This document shows, one piece after another, positions 47,860-57,322 of a stretch of 64,000 nt of DNA; position 1 is the first letter of the stretch, and each line of letters starts with the position of its first letter. The notes beneath the pieces were generated by a model. The model had not been told where the DNA came from. It did not search any database and was given only the letters and a program-made list of their open reading frames with translations. A program made the position numbers and the translations under genes. The DNA is from Bacillota bacterium (GTDB taxonomy: Bacteria > Bacillota_I > Bacilli_A > RFN20 > CAG-826): positions 2,973-66,972 of the forward strand of contig JBDLRZ010000078.1 in the NCBI GenBank assembly GCA_039799785.1. The letters are read 5' to 3'.

Positions 47860-49588
47860 AATATTGCTCCTGTTTGTTAATGAGTGCCTTTACTTTATTC
47901 ACGGTGCGTTTACTTGGATGGTCTGGATTCGTCTGATAACCCATAATCCAATCTGCACTCAAGATTTTAACATGCTTTAGGGGAAGAAATTCTAAGCTCG
48001 CTTCTGACAATAAATCCGAGAGAATAAATGGTTTATTAAACCTAGAAAAATTTTGGAAAATAAGTTTTAATTGGATAGAGGACTTTTGAGTATTTTCAAC
48101 ATGAATAACACGTTTATAATCTAAGTAATAGAAATCAAAATATTGATAAATTTCATCAGGTAAATTAGTTGTCATGTCATCAATTGACAAGGCAAATCGA
48201 ATGCCAAATCGGTAAAATGGTTCTGCCCAAGCCTTTAGAGAAATTTCGGTTGTAGCTAATTCTTTTACTTCACTCTCATCAAGTAAAATCGTAATGTTTT
48301 TAGCGTTTGATAAGTTTTTGATGTCATTTAAAAAATCAAAAGGTTTAATGACCATAGAGAAAGGAACCAATATGCGTTGACTTAATGAAGGCAATACCAC
48401 TTGTCCGATTAAATATAAATAACGTCGATAGAAATCTTTTGTATAGCTCATCATTTCATTTGCATCTTGAAGTAATTCTAATGTGGTAAGTGGCGTAGAC
48501 ATGAGGGGTTGGATAATCACTTGTTGACCAAATACAGTCATATCTTCTTGATTCATTAACGGACGAAAATTTAATGAAAATTTTAGTTGATGATATAAAT
48601 CTTCTGCAAACATCGTCTCATTCGATTGAAGGGTTTGTACAATTGGTTGATTGGTTTCGTAAGGAAGAATAGACATTTTACGTTTAATCATAAGTTGGTT
48701 GAGCTCTTTACTCTTGCGCATCAGGGTTCGGAAATCATTTGGAAAATGTTTGTGTTCAATGATTGCCATATTAAACCTAATTAAAGATTCTAAAGCATTA
48801 ACTTCAACATATTGAGAAACAACTTGATAGAGACCTTGTGCAGTTTGCATATATTCATGCGTTTCAGCTGCTTTTGTTACCAAGACAAGTATGTCATTAG
48901 CAGAGTCAATTAATAAAATATTGGGAGATAAATATGGTACGAGTTTTTCCTTGATTTGTGAAAGATAAAAGTATTTGAATTGTTCATCCAAACCAGAGCG
49001 AGGAAACATCATAAATATTGAAATAAAAACTCCATTTTTACTTGGCAACTTTTTAATAATGTCAAGAGCCTGTTGTGAACTAATAACCATTGATTTCAAC
49101 GTTGCTTTTTTGGGATTGGGTTTAAGGTATTTTAATCCATATTGATGTAAATGGATGGTTTGTTTTACTTCATCAATTTTGACAACTTCAAAAATAAGTT
49201 GGCGATAATTTTTTCTTTTTAAAGTTTTTGTAGTCAATATCCAACTTGTATCCAATTTAGAGGTTAAAAGGTTTTCCCACCACTTATATATTTTTTCGGA
49301 TTCTAGTGCAGAAAATTTTTTAAGAAATTGACTCAACGCAATAATCTTTTCTTTACCAGGATGCTTTGGATCAAATTCATAAACAGCGTCAAGTTTTAAG
49401 TTAATTCGATAAACCAAGTAATGGTGAATACGTTGTTGAATGGCTAAACGATGCTTGTTCTGACTTCTTTGAAAGTATATTAGTACAATAAAAATGATTA
49501 AAATTGTGAGTAACACAAAGATAGCAACTGCAATAAATAGAGTTGGATTTTCAAAAATTGGTAACCAAGTAAATATCTTGATTTTCAT
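47843..49588 (-). CDS. Membrane-anchored protein with degenerate EAL-like C-terminal domain and possible degenerate GGDEF-like middle region
   Basis: N-terminal TM (IAVAIFVLLTILIIFIVLIYF). C-terminal FALSIDDMTT (compare DDFGTG), FDFYYLDYKRV (compare KIDKSF) and ADWIMGYQ (compare QGY) are EAL-like, but the EAL glutamate context is missing; 581 aa. Confidence 0.4.
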   Translation of the reverse strand: MKIKIFTWLPIFENPTLFIAVAIFVLLTILIIFIVLIYFQRSQNKHRLAIQQRIHHYLVYRINLKLDAVYEFDPKHPGKEKIIALSQFLKKFSALESEKIYKWWENLLTSKLDTSWILTTKTLKRKNYRQLIFEVVKIDEVKQTIHLHQYGLKYLKPNPKKATLKSMVISSQQALDIIKKLPSKNGVFISIFMMFPRSGLDEQFKYFYLSQIKEKLVPYLSPNILLIDSANDILVLVTKAAETHEYMQTAQGLYQVVSQYVEVNALESLIRFNMAIIEHKHFPNDFRTLMRKSKELNQLMIKRKMSILPYETNQPIVQTLQSNETMFAEDLYHQLKFSLNFRPLMNQEDMTVFGQQVIIQPLMSTPLTTLELLQDANEMMSYTKDFYRRYLYLIGQVVLPSLSQRILVPFSMVIKPFDFLNDIKNLSNAKNITILLDESEVKELATTEISLKAWAEPFYRFGIRFALSIDDMTTNLPDEIYQYFDFYYLDYKRVIHVENTQKSSIQLKLIFQNFSRFNKPFILSDLLSEASLEFLPLKHVKILSADWIMGYQTNPDHPSKRTVNKVKALINKQEQYYGKTN

Positions 49589-49668
49589 TTATCAAATTAT
49601 ACCTTTCTCTTCACAACCTAACAATCCTTTTTCGATTCAACCATACGATGAAATGAGGGTTAAAATCG

Positions 49669-49676
49669 TGTATAAT
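49669..49676 (+). promoter_or_regulatory. Extended -10 promoter element (TGTATAAT) for tRNA-Ser(CGA) and the GDPD gene
   Basis: TGnTATAAT ending 9 nt upstream of the tRNA 5' end. Confidence 0.4.
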
Positions 49677-49685
49677 TTTTCTCAC

Positions 49686-49776
49686 GGAGAAATACCCAAG
49701 TGGCTGAAGGGGTCAGTTTCGAAAACTGATAGGAGGCGCAAGTCTCGCGAGGGTTCAAATCCCTCTTTCTCCGCCA
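49686..49776 (+). tRNA. tRNA-Ser (anticodon CGA), type II
   Basis: GGAGAAATACCCAAGTGGCTGAAGGGGTCAGTTTCGAAAACTGA...GGGTTCAAATCCCTCTTTCTCCGCCA; anticodon loop TTCGAAA; CCA encoded. Confidence 0.85.
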
Positions 49777-49787
49777 AGGAAATTAAA

Positions 49788-50813
49788 ATGAAAAAAATAA
49801 AAAAAAGACAAGTTTTTGGATCAATTATCTTAGTATTTGGATTAATCACGGTTTTTCCAAGACCTCAGAATTTTGTGGGTGAAAATCCTTTAAGGGTTGA
49901 TAAAGATGAATTACCTCTTTTAATCGCCCATGGTGGTGGAAACTTGGAATTTCCAGATAATACGCTTGAGGCCTATTACCATGCTTATAGTCTTAATGAA
50001 TCCGTCATGCTTGAGACCGATATTAACCTAACGAAAGATGGGGTCGTTATCTTGTCTCATGATCGTTCATTAGATCAAAAAACCAATCTTACTTACGCAG
50101 ACATCATTGATACCAATTACGCAGATCTTGTTGATGATGAGATCGACTTTGGTTTTAACAATCCAATTTCAGGTGCAAATGGATATAACACTTCGAATAC
50201 ATTTAACAAATACACGAACTATTTAGGTCAAGAAGTTTCCCCGCTTGATATTGATTATCCAGAAGGAATTGAACCAAGGCACCCTACAAAATTTTTAGTT
50301 TCCACATTAGAGGAGCTCATCATCCAATTCCCAACTAATCTAATTAATGTTGAAATAAAGCAAACCGGTGAAGTAGGTTTAGAGGCTTTAACCAAAGTAA
50401 TCGAATTAATGGATGAATTGAGTGAAGAATACCAAACCTATCAAAGGATTATTCTTGCTAGTTTTCACCAAGAAGTTTATGAAGCATTGAATCAATTAAA
50501 ATCAACAACTCACAAACAATTAATGTTCTCTCCAGAATTTAATGGTGTACTTTCTTTTTTCATCATGCAAACAACATTTACAAGTGCTTTTTACACTGAG
50601 CCAGTTGCAGCATTTCAACTCCCTACGGAACAATTGGGCTTATCGTTGACAACTAAATTATTAATCAACACTGCCCACATGCATAATATTGCCGTGCATT
50701 ACTGGACCATCAATGATGAAGAAACCATGAGAGAATTAATTGAAAAAGGAGTCGATGGTATCATGACTGATCGACCCTCTTTGTTACAACAAGTCTTGGA
50801 CTCTTACCAATAA
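49788..50813 (+). CDS. Glycerophosphodiester phosphodiesterase with N-terminal signal/anchor; true start MKKIKKRQ at 49788. The ORF-track ORF 49494..50813 reads through the tRNA.
   Basis: GP-PDE motifs LIAHGGGNLEFPDNTLEAY and E..D; RBS AAGGA 8 nt upstream of ATG 49788. Confidence 0.8.
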   Translation: MKKIKKRQVFGSIILVFGLITVFPRPQNFVGENPLRVDKDELPLLIAHGGGNLEFPDNTLEAYYHAYSLNESVMLETDINLTKDGVVILSHDRSLDQKTNLTYADIIDTNYADLVDDEIDFGFNNPISGANGYNTSNTFNKYTNYLGQEVSPLDIDYPEGIEPRHPTKFLVSTLEELIIQFPTNLINVEIKQTGEVGLEALTKVIELMDELSEEYQTYQRIILASFHQEVYEALNQLKSTTHKQLMFSPEFNGVLSFFIMQTTFTSAFYTEPVAAFQLPTEQLGLSLTTKLLINTAHMHNIAVHYWTINDEETMRELIEKGVDGIMTDRPSLLQQVLDSYQ

Positions 50814-50816
50814 ATA

Positions 50817-51797
50817 TTATTTGATCGGCTTAATAAAGAATTTCCCATAAACTTGATGGGAAGGTGATTCGTCAATAAACGATTCTGGATCAACAAGTCG
50901 AATGTGGCGCACCACGCTTGGAACTTCACGGCTTGATACGACCATGTAAACGATGTATTTGACTGAGTTGGTGTAACCACCTTTTGCTTGGACTACGGTA
51001 CATCCATGAAAGAATTTTTCCATTAGGATTTTAGGTAAATCGGTTCTTGAGGTGATAATTTGCAGTTGTGTTTTTTTGTTTCGAATATTGATTGCGTCCA
51101 CAACTCTAGAGGTTGTAAAGGAATAAATTACAGAAAATATCACTGCATTTAGGGCTCCGGTAGAAGAATCTGTATTGAGTAAATATAAAACAGTGAAGAA
51201 AAAGTAAATTGTCACATTGATAGCAAAGGCATATTTACCAACTGATGTTGATTTTACATTTGCAAAATAAACTGTAATCACATCCATGCCACCACTTGAA
51301 ATATCCATCAAATAAGCCAATGAACTGGCTATACCTTGAATAAATCCAGCAATAATGGCACGCGAAAGTAAATCTTCAGAGATAGAGATGAGTTGTGTCC
51401 ATTCATGCGGAAGTATTTCGATGAATATCGAGGTCGTGATGACATTGATAAATGAAAATATTGCAAAACGCTTTCCTATTTTAGTGTAAGCAAGGATAAA
51501 AATTGGAATGTTGAAAATAAAATAAAGAATCGCTTGCATCGTCCGATTTTCGATTTGGTTGAATAAATTAAGTAAATCGAAAAGGCGATTAAATATCTGC
51601 GATACACCCGATACACCGCCAGTAATTAAGGGAGTCGGTATTGGATCACCTGCTGGAACGATGAATGAACGGAAAATATAGGCCGCTAATAAAGAGGATA
51701 TACATGAAACTAGAAAAATGGCTAAGTTCTCTAAGACATTTTTAAGCTTTGGATCTCGATTTAACCAAGTTTGCCAATTTTGAAGGATGCTATTCAT
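50817..51797 (-). CDS. YitT-family membrane protein (DUF161 N-terminal membrane part plus C-terminal DUF2179-like domain)
   Basis: Polytopic N-terminal region with Gly-rich SGGMDV motif, soluble C-terminal domain; 326 aa. Confidence 0.55.
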   Translation of the reverse strand: MNSILQNWQTWLNRDPKLKNVLENLAIFLVSCISSLLAAYIFRSFIVPAGDPIPTPLITGGVSGVSQIFNRLFDLLNLFNQIENRTMQAILYFIFNIPIFILAYTKIGKRFAIFSFINVITTSIFIEILPHEWTQLISISEDLLSRAIIAGFIQGIASSLAYLMDISSGGMDVITVYFANVKSTSVGKYAFAINVTIYFFFTVLYLLNTDSSTGALNAVIFSVIYSFTTSRVVDAINIRNKKTQLQIITSRTDLPKILMEKFFHGCTVVQAKGGYTNSVKYIVYMVVSSREVPSVVRHIRLVDPESFIDESPSHQVYGKFFIKPIK

Positions 51798-51930
51798 TTT
51801 ATACCACCTTTAAACCGAGGAAATTATACCCTATTTTATAATTTAAAGGTTAAGAAGTAATTTATATTGAAGATAATCAAACTATTTGATAAGATTAACG
51901 TGCTATTCGTGATTAACTGGAGGTTATCAA

Positions 51931-52719
51931 ATGAAACCAATCGGCATGTTTTTCGGAAAGATTTTTGGCGGTATATGGAACTGGATTAAGGAAACAGCCT
52001 GGGTCCAACCTTTATTAATTGTTGGAACGATTTTCGCCATTATTTTCTCTATTCCTACAATCACGGAATGGGTAAATGGTATTGCAGAAAGTATTAATAG
52101 CGCTGAAAGCTATTATCGTAATTATCAAAAGGATTTAGAAGGTGAAGAAAATTCTGATGCGCAAAAGCTAGTTGATGCTATGATGGAAAATTCCGATGAA
52201 TTCGGTGAAAAATTTATGCTTGTCTTCGTGCAAAAAGACTGCCAATTCTGCAAGGATTCCCAACCTGGATTTAAAGAACTATTAGAAAACACTTCACGTT
52301 ATTATGGTACTCGCGAAATAGACTCAATTACCCCTGTTACCAAAGATGAATTTGGTACGTTTAAGTTTTACACTATTTTTATTGATGAAACTTATGATTT
52401 TGCTGAAGATGAAACGACAACTCCTTTTGAACGTTTTTTACTTCGCAACACTGACTTCTTAGAAAGAACAGCCGAAGTTGCTAGAAATTCTGCTTATAAA
52501 GTTAATGGACAATTAAATGAGACCCAAATTGAATCGCTTGAAAGTGGAGAAAAGAACGCAATTTCTACCCCAACCGCAATCATGTATGATTTATCAGAAA
52601 ATAGTCCAGAAGAAGGCATTTCTGAACTTCTTATTTCTATCCCAGGTGCAAATTTATATGACAAGGCAGTGACGCTTTCTGATGCCTGGATGCATCGTAA
52701 TCAATTCGAATTAAATTAA
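51931..52719 (+). CDS. Membrane-anchored thioredoxin-like CXXC protein with acidic C-terminal region; paralogue of lipoprotein 24771..25262.
   Basis: N-terminal TM helix, EKFMLVFVQKDCQFCKDSQP aligns with ENFFLYLGNPTCSSCVRFQP of the other protein; 262 aa. Confidence 0.45.
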   Translation: MKPIGMFFGKIFGGIWNWIKETAWVQPLLIVGTIFAIIFSIPTITEWVNGIAESINSAESYYRNYQKDLEGEENSDAQKLVDAMMENSDEFGEKFMLVFVQKDCQFCKDSQPGFKELLENTSRYYGTREIDSITPVTKDEFGTFKFYTIFIDETYDFAEDETTTPFERFLLRNTDFLERTAEVARNSAYKVNGQLNETQIESLESGEKNAISTPTAIMYDLSENSPEEGISELLISIPGANLYDKAVTLSDAWMHRNQFELN

Positions 52720-52734
52720 GTCATTTCAATTGAA

Positions 52735-53559
52735 ATGAGCGTGAAACGTTTCCGCAAGGGAACGTTTTTTTGTATAATGATGAAGATGGAAAATCCAATC
52801 TGGTACGCCATTCAAAAACCCAACCTCATCGCAGGAACCACCAAACGATATGGTGGTCATTCAATCGCTCCTTTTGCATCTTTTAATTTAGCATTTCATA
52901 CGGGAGATGATTCCAAAAATGTTGAAGCAAACAGAGATATGTTGTCTAAAATTATCAACTTCCCAAGATCACAAATGGTGTTGACGTATCAATCTCACAG
53001 TACAGTTCTTAAACGCGTGACGAGTCAAGATGCAGGTAAAGGCAACCATCAATTCAATGATGGCGTTGTCGCAGACGCTTTATACACAACTGAAAAAAAT
53101 CTATTATTGGGTGTTTTTCATGCAGACTGCGTTCCAGTCTTTTTATACCATACAAAGAGCAACCTAATCGCTATCATCCATGCCGGAACACCAGGTAGTT
53201 TAGATGGCATTAGTCAAAAGGCAGTAGAACAATTGAAAGTTGAAATGAACATCAACCCTTTAGACTTAGTTGCATACTTAGGTCCTTCTTTAGATTTTGC
53301 CCATCATCCGATCAGTCAAGAAAAAGCAACTGCCTTACTTCAAAAGAACGATAAACTTAAAGCTGTGATCAAAAAAATTGGGAATCAATTGTTCTTGGAT
53401 ATTCCATTGCTCAATTATTTACAATTGGTGGATGCAGGGCTTTCACCGCGTTCAATTCATGTTAGTAATCTAGATACTTATTCCAATGATAAAGAGTATT
53501 TTTCTTTTGACCGAGATCAAAAAACTGGTCGACATATTTCATTTATCGCTTTGCGTTAG
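52735..53559 (+). CDS. pgeF: YfiH/PgeF family protein (DUF152; purine nucleoside phosphorylase / peptidoglycan-editing factor family); start may be an internal Met near 52777.
   Basis: HSTVL, GVFHADCVP and H..T.G motifs of the YfiH family; 274 aa as called. Confidence 0.8.
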   Translation: MSVKRFRKGTFFCIMMKMENPIWYAIQKPNLIAGTTKRYGGHSIAPFASFNLAFHTGDDSKNVEANRDMLSKIINFPRSQMVLTYQSHSTVLKRVTSQDAGKGNHQFNDGVVADALYTTEKNLLLGVFHADCVPVFLYHTKSNLIAIIHAGTPGSLDGISQKAVEQLKVEMNINPLDLVAYLGPSLDFAHHPISQEKATALLQKNDKLKAVIKKIGNQLFLDIPLLNYLQLVDAGLSPRSIHVSNLDTYSNDKEYFSFDRDQKTGRHISFIALR

Positions 53560-54037
53560 GTTTTAATTTTTTAAGATAAGGCAGGATCGAATCTGGTACC
53601 AAAGAGGTAACATCGACCTGATTCAAATATAATTGCTTAATAAGGCTTGAAGAGATAATTTGATGAGGTTGTTTGGCCATGAAAAAGACCATTTCAATCT
53701 TTGCATCAATTAATTGATTACCAGAAAATATATCGTGCTCATATTCAAAATCAGGTACAGCTCTTAATCCTCTAACAAGTGCAATTGCAGACTTTGATTG
53801 AGCATAATGAACCGTTAAACCATTCGTGCTATCCACAATGACCTTTTGTGATGGATATGTTTTTGCGATTTGCTTCAGCATTGATTTTCTATCCTCAACA
53901 CTAAAGGTACTACTTTTATTTGGATTAACAGCCAAAAGCAAAATGACTTGATCAAAAATTTTTAAAGACCGGTTTAAAATATCAATATGACCATTGGTAA
54001 TGGGATCAAAACTTCCAGGATAAATTGCAATTTTCAT
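53543..54037 (-). CDS. coaD: Phosphopantetheine adenylyltransferase
   Basis: MKIAIYPGSFDPITNGHIDIL; 164 aa. Confidence 0.92.
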   Translation of the reverse strand: MKIAIYPGSFDPITNGHIDILNRSLKIFDQVILLLAVNPNKSSTFSVEDRKSMLKQIAKTYPSQKVIVDSTNGLTVHYAQSKSAIALVRGLRAVPDFEYEHDIFSGNQLIDAKIEMVFFMAKQPHQIISSSLIKQLYLNQVDVTSLVPDSILPYLKKLKPNAKR

Positions 54038-54582
54038 TTTTTAATCGAACCAATATGAACATAGGTTCTACCATAATTATAAGACTTTACATTCCATTTG
54101 TCTTGGTTGAGATGATGATGAGCTGATTCATTCTCTAATACGATGATTGAACCCTGTATTAGTAGATGGCTTTCGAATAGTTTTTGAATCAGTACTTCTA
54201 ATTGTGAATAAGCATACGGTGGATCAAGGAAAAGGATGTGAAAATGACTTTTATTAAAAGTATCAGATTGAATCAACTCAAATGCATCTAATCTTGTAAT
54301 TTTTACTTGATCAATCTTTAAACTATTCACATTGGCTTCAATCGTTTTGACCGCTTCAGGATGTTGATCATTAAAATGGACGAATTTTGCACCACGAGAT
54401 AATGCTTCTAAACCATAAGCGCCTGATCCAGCGAATAAATCAAGAACGTTGGCATCAACGACTTTGTTTCCGATTGCAGAAAAAATGGCTTCTCTTACAC
54501 GATCTTTGGTCGGTCTAGTAATCGCCATGGGTGGCTGCAAAAGCTTTCTTGAACGATATAATCCACCAATAATTCTTAACAT
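54034..54582 (-). CDS. rsmD: 16S rRNA (guanine966-N2)-methyltransferase
   Basis: DLFAGSGAYGLEALSRGA and FLDPPY motifs; 182 aa. Confidence 0.85.
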   Translation of the reverse strand: MLRIIGGLYRSRKLLQPPMAITRPTKDRVREAIFSAIGNKVVDANVLDLFAGSGAYGLEALSRGAKFVHFNDQHPEAVKTIEANVNSLKIDQVKITRLDAFELIQSDTFNKSHFHILFLDPPYAYSQLEVLIQKLFESHLLIQGSIIVLENESAHHHLNQDKWNVKSYNYGRTYVHIGSIKK

Positions 54583-54583
54583 C

Positions 54584-54943
54584 TTAACAACCTGGAGGAT
54601 GAGATTTAAAAGGCGAAAAAATTTTTTGTTGAATCAATTGATAAATTTCTCTAACCTGACCATAGGATTTTAAGTAATCTCGAACTAGAGGGTGTGAGTC
54701 TACTTGGACTTTGACTTGATGAAGTTCTGCTCTCGCTCTTAGTAAGTGAGGACTTTCATCACCATAACTTTCCCACATCGACTGGTAATTTGCTTGTGCT
54801 TTTTGATACGTTTCTGTTAATGCTAATAGCGTTTGATTTTGATTGAGTTGATGGTCTAATTGATTAAGTAAAACAACGCGTTGATCTTCTTCTAAACTTT
54901 CCTTTAATTCCCGTGCAAGGGTGATCAATTCTGCATAACTCAT
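54584..54943 (-). CDS. YlbF/YmcA/YheA-family (RicA/RicF-like) small helical protein
   Basis: 119 aa helical protein; C-terminal ...HPLVRDYLKSYGQVREIYQLIQQKI typical of the family; position upstream of rsmD-coaD as for ylbF in Bacillus. Confidence 0.5.
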   Translation of the reverse strand: MSYAELITLARELKESLEEDQRVVLLNQLDHQLNQNQTLLALTETYQKAQANYQSMWESYGDESPHLLRARAELHQVKVQVDSHPLVRDYLKSYGQVREIYQLIQQKIFSPFKSHPPGC

Positions 54944-55006
54944 AATCTAACTTTAACACAAATAATTCGATGCCGATTCCTTAATAATTATGGTAAAGTA
55001 AAATTT

Positions 55007-55552
55007 ATGAAACGACTTGTTGTCATTCAAGATCCACATCCTACATTAAGAAAAAGGGCCGCACCGGTTCCTATTCCGCTTACGATAGAAGATAGCGAAT
55101 TGCTTAAAGCTCTATTACATTATGTTCATCAATCGCAGGACAAGGACTATGCTGAAAAACACAAGATCCGTGAAGGCATTGGTTTAGCTGCTCCACAAAT
55201 TGGGATTAGTAAAAGATTAACCGCAATCAGTTATCAACGTGGCGAAGTTAAAACCGAATATATGCTCGCAAATCCAGTGATTTTGGCACAATCCGTCAAG
55301 CAAATTGCACTTACTTCTGGAGAAGGATGCTTATCGGTTTCAACTGAACATCCAGGTTATATCTATCGCGCCAATAAAATTACAGTTAAAGCATTTGATT
55401 TAATTCAAAATAAAGAAATCATCATTCAGGCTGAAGGATTCGATGCGATCGTTTTACAACATGAAATAGATCATTTAAATGGCATACTTTATTATGATTA
55501 TTTGAATAAAACTGATCCATTTAAAGAAAAGGTCAATGCAGTCTTGCTGTAA
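55007..55552 (+). CDS. def: Peptide deformylase
   Basis: GIGLAAPQIG, EGCLSV, HEIDHLNG motifs; 181 aa. Confidence 0.92.
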   Translation: MKRLVVIQDPHPTLRKRAAPVPIPLTIEDSELLKALLHYVHQSQDKDYAEKHKIREGIGLAAPQIGISKRLTAISYQRGEVKTEYMLANPVILAQSVKQIALTSGEGCLSVSTEHPGYIYRANKITVKAFDLIQNKEIIIQAEGFDAIVLQHEIDHLNGILYYDYLNKTDPFKEKVNAVLL

Positions 55553-55569
55553 TGAAATTCCCTTTACAA

Positions 55570-55597
55570 TTACGATTGCTTTGATTACAATATTCTT
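55570..55597 (+). promoter_or_regulatory. Candidate sigma-A promoter for rnj (TTACAA -16- TACAAT)
   Basis: -35 TTACAA 55570-55575, -10 TACAAT 55592-55597, 47 nt upstream of the rnj start with RBS AAAGGAG. Confidence 0.3.
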
Positions 55598-55644
55598 AAT
55601 TAAGACGATGCATAAATTCATTATGGTCATTAAAGGAGTTTTTT

Positions 55645-57321
55645 ATGGCGTTTAGTGCTGGTCAAGAAGGCGTGTCTGTTTTTGCTCTCGGTGGGCTAGG
55701 AGAAGTTGGTAAAAATACCTATGGGGTCGAATCAGAAAAAACAATGATTCTGATTGACGCAGGTGTTAGATTTCCTGAAGAAGATTTACCTGGTGTGGAC
55801 TATGTCATACCTGATTATTCTCATGTTAAAAATAACCAACGAAAATTTAGAGCTTTAATCGTGACCCACGGTCATGAAGATCACATTGGTGGGATTCCTT
55901 TTTTAGTACAACATGTTTTTGTACCAGTGATTTACGCTCCACGTCTTGCCGCAGCCTTTATTCGTCATAAACTTCAAGATCAAAGAATCAAAGAACCAGT
56001 AAAAATTGTCGAGTACGACGAAGACACAATTTTAAATATCAACGAATTTAAAATTTCATTTTTCAGTATGACGCACTCCATTCCTGACTGTTTTGGCATT
56101 TGTGTAGATACCCCAGAAGGCAGAGTTGTCACCACCGGGGACTTTAAAATTGATTTGACGCCAGTAGGTGCAGAAATTAACTTAGGCAAAATTGCTAAAC
56201 TGGGAACGGAAGGTGTCGATCTATTATTATCTGATTCTACGAACGCTGAAATTGAAGGTTATACGCCTTCTGAAAGAAGTGTTATTTCTGCGATTAATGA
56301 CATATTTGAAAATGCCAGCGGTCGATTGATTGTCTCAACATTTTCTAGTAACATTTCCCGAATTCAGCAAATCGTTGAGGCTGCAGTCACCCATAAAAAG
56401 AAGTTAGTCATTATCGGCCGTTCAATGGAAAACGCTGTTAGCATGTCAAGACAACTTGGATATATTAAAATACCAGATTCATCCATCGTTGCTTCAGATG
56501 ACATTAGAAGTTTACGTTTAGAAGAAACAGTGATTATCTGCACAGGTTCTCAAGGTGAACCTATGGCAGCTTTATCTCGGATTGCCAAAGGTGATCATCG
56601 ACAAGTTAAAATTGTTCCTGGAGATACAGTTGTTTTCTCATCGAGTCCAATTCCTGGTAATGGTCTTAGTATCAATCGGGTTGTGAATCAATTAACAAGA
56701 GCAGGCGCAAATGTCTTAACCAATTCAATTTTGTTTAATGTTCACTCTTCCGGTCACCCTGCACGCCAAGAATTACGTTTGATGTTAAAGCTTTTTAAAC
56801 CTCGATATTTTATGCCGATGCACGGTGAATATCGTATGTTAAAACTTCATACGGAAATCGCGGAAACATTAGGCATTCCAAAACAAAACTCCTTCATTTG
56901 CCGTAATGGAGATTTATTGGTCTTAAAAAATCATCAAGTAACGCGAGGTGGACAAGTTCCTGCTGAAGCAGTTTATATCGATGGCAAAGACATCAATGGC
57001 TTATCAACTGCCGTTATCCGAGATAGGAAAATTCTAGCAGATGATGGCGTTGTTTCCGTTTCAGTTGTAATTGATGCAAAAAACAATCAACTCCTCATCA
57101 AGCCAACCATTACCGCGTTAGGTTTCGTCTTTCAATCCGCGAATGATATGTTGAAGAATGCAGAATTTAAATTGGAAGAAAGACTAAAACTATTAATGAA
57201 AAATAGGGTTTCATTTTCAGACTTAAAGAACACCATTAAAGAAGTGGTTGGAAAATATCTATTCATCAAAACTCAAAGAAATCCAATGATTATCCCTGTC
57301 ATTATGAACAAAGGATCTTAA
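55645..57321 (+). CDS. rnj: Ribonuclease J
   Basis: Metallo-beta-lactamase motif HGHEDHIGG, beta-CASP and C-terminal domain; 558 aa. Confidence 0.9.
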   Translation: MAFSAGQEGVSVFALGGLGEVGKNTYGVESEKTMILIDAGVRFPEEDLPGVDYVIPDYSHVKNNQRKFRALIVTHGHEDHIGGIPFLVQHVFVPVIYAPRLAAAFIRHKLQDQRIKEPVKIVEYDEDTILNINEFKISFFSMTHSIPDCFGICVDTPEGRVVTTGDFKIDLTPVGAEINLGKIAKLGTEGVDLLLSDSTNAEIEGYTPSERSVISAINDIFENASGRLIVSTFSSNISRIQQIVEAAVTHKKKLVIIGRSMENAVSMSRQLGYIKIPDSSIVASDDIRSLRLEETVIICTGSQGEPMAALSRIAKGDHRQVKIVPGDTVVFSSSPIPGNGLSINRVVNQLTRAGANVLTNSILFNVHSSGHPARQELRLMLKLFKPRYFMPMHGEYRMLKLHTEIAETLGIPKQNSFICRNGDLLVLKNHQVTRGGQVPAEAVYIDGKDINGLSTAVIRDRKILADDGVVSVSVVIDAKNNQLLIKPTITALGFVFQSANDMLKNAEFKLEERLKLLMKNRVSFSDLKNTIKEVVGKYLFIKTQRNPMIIPVIMNKGS

Positions 57322-57322
57322 T

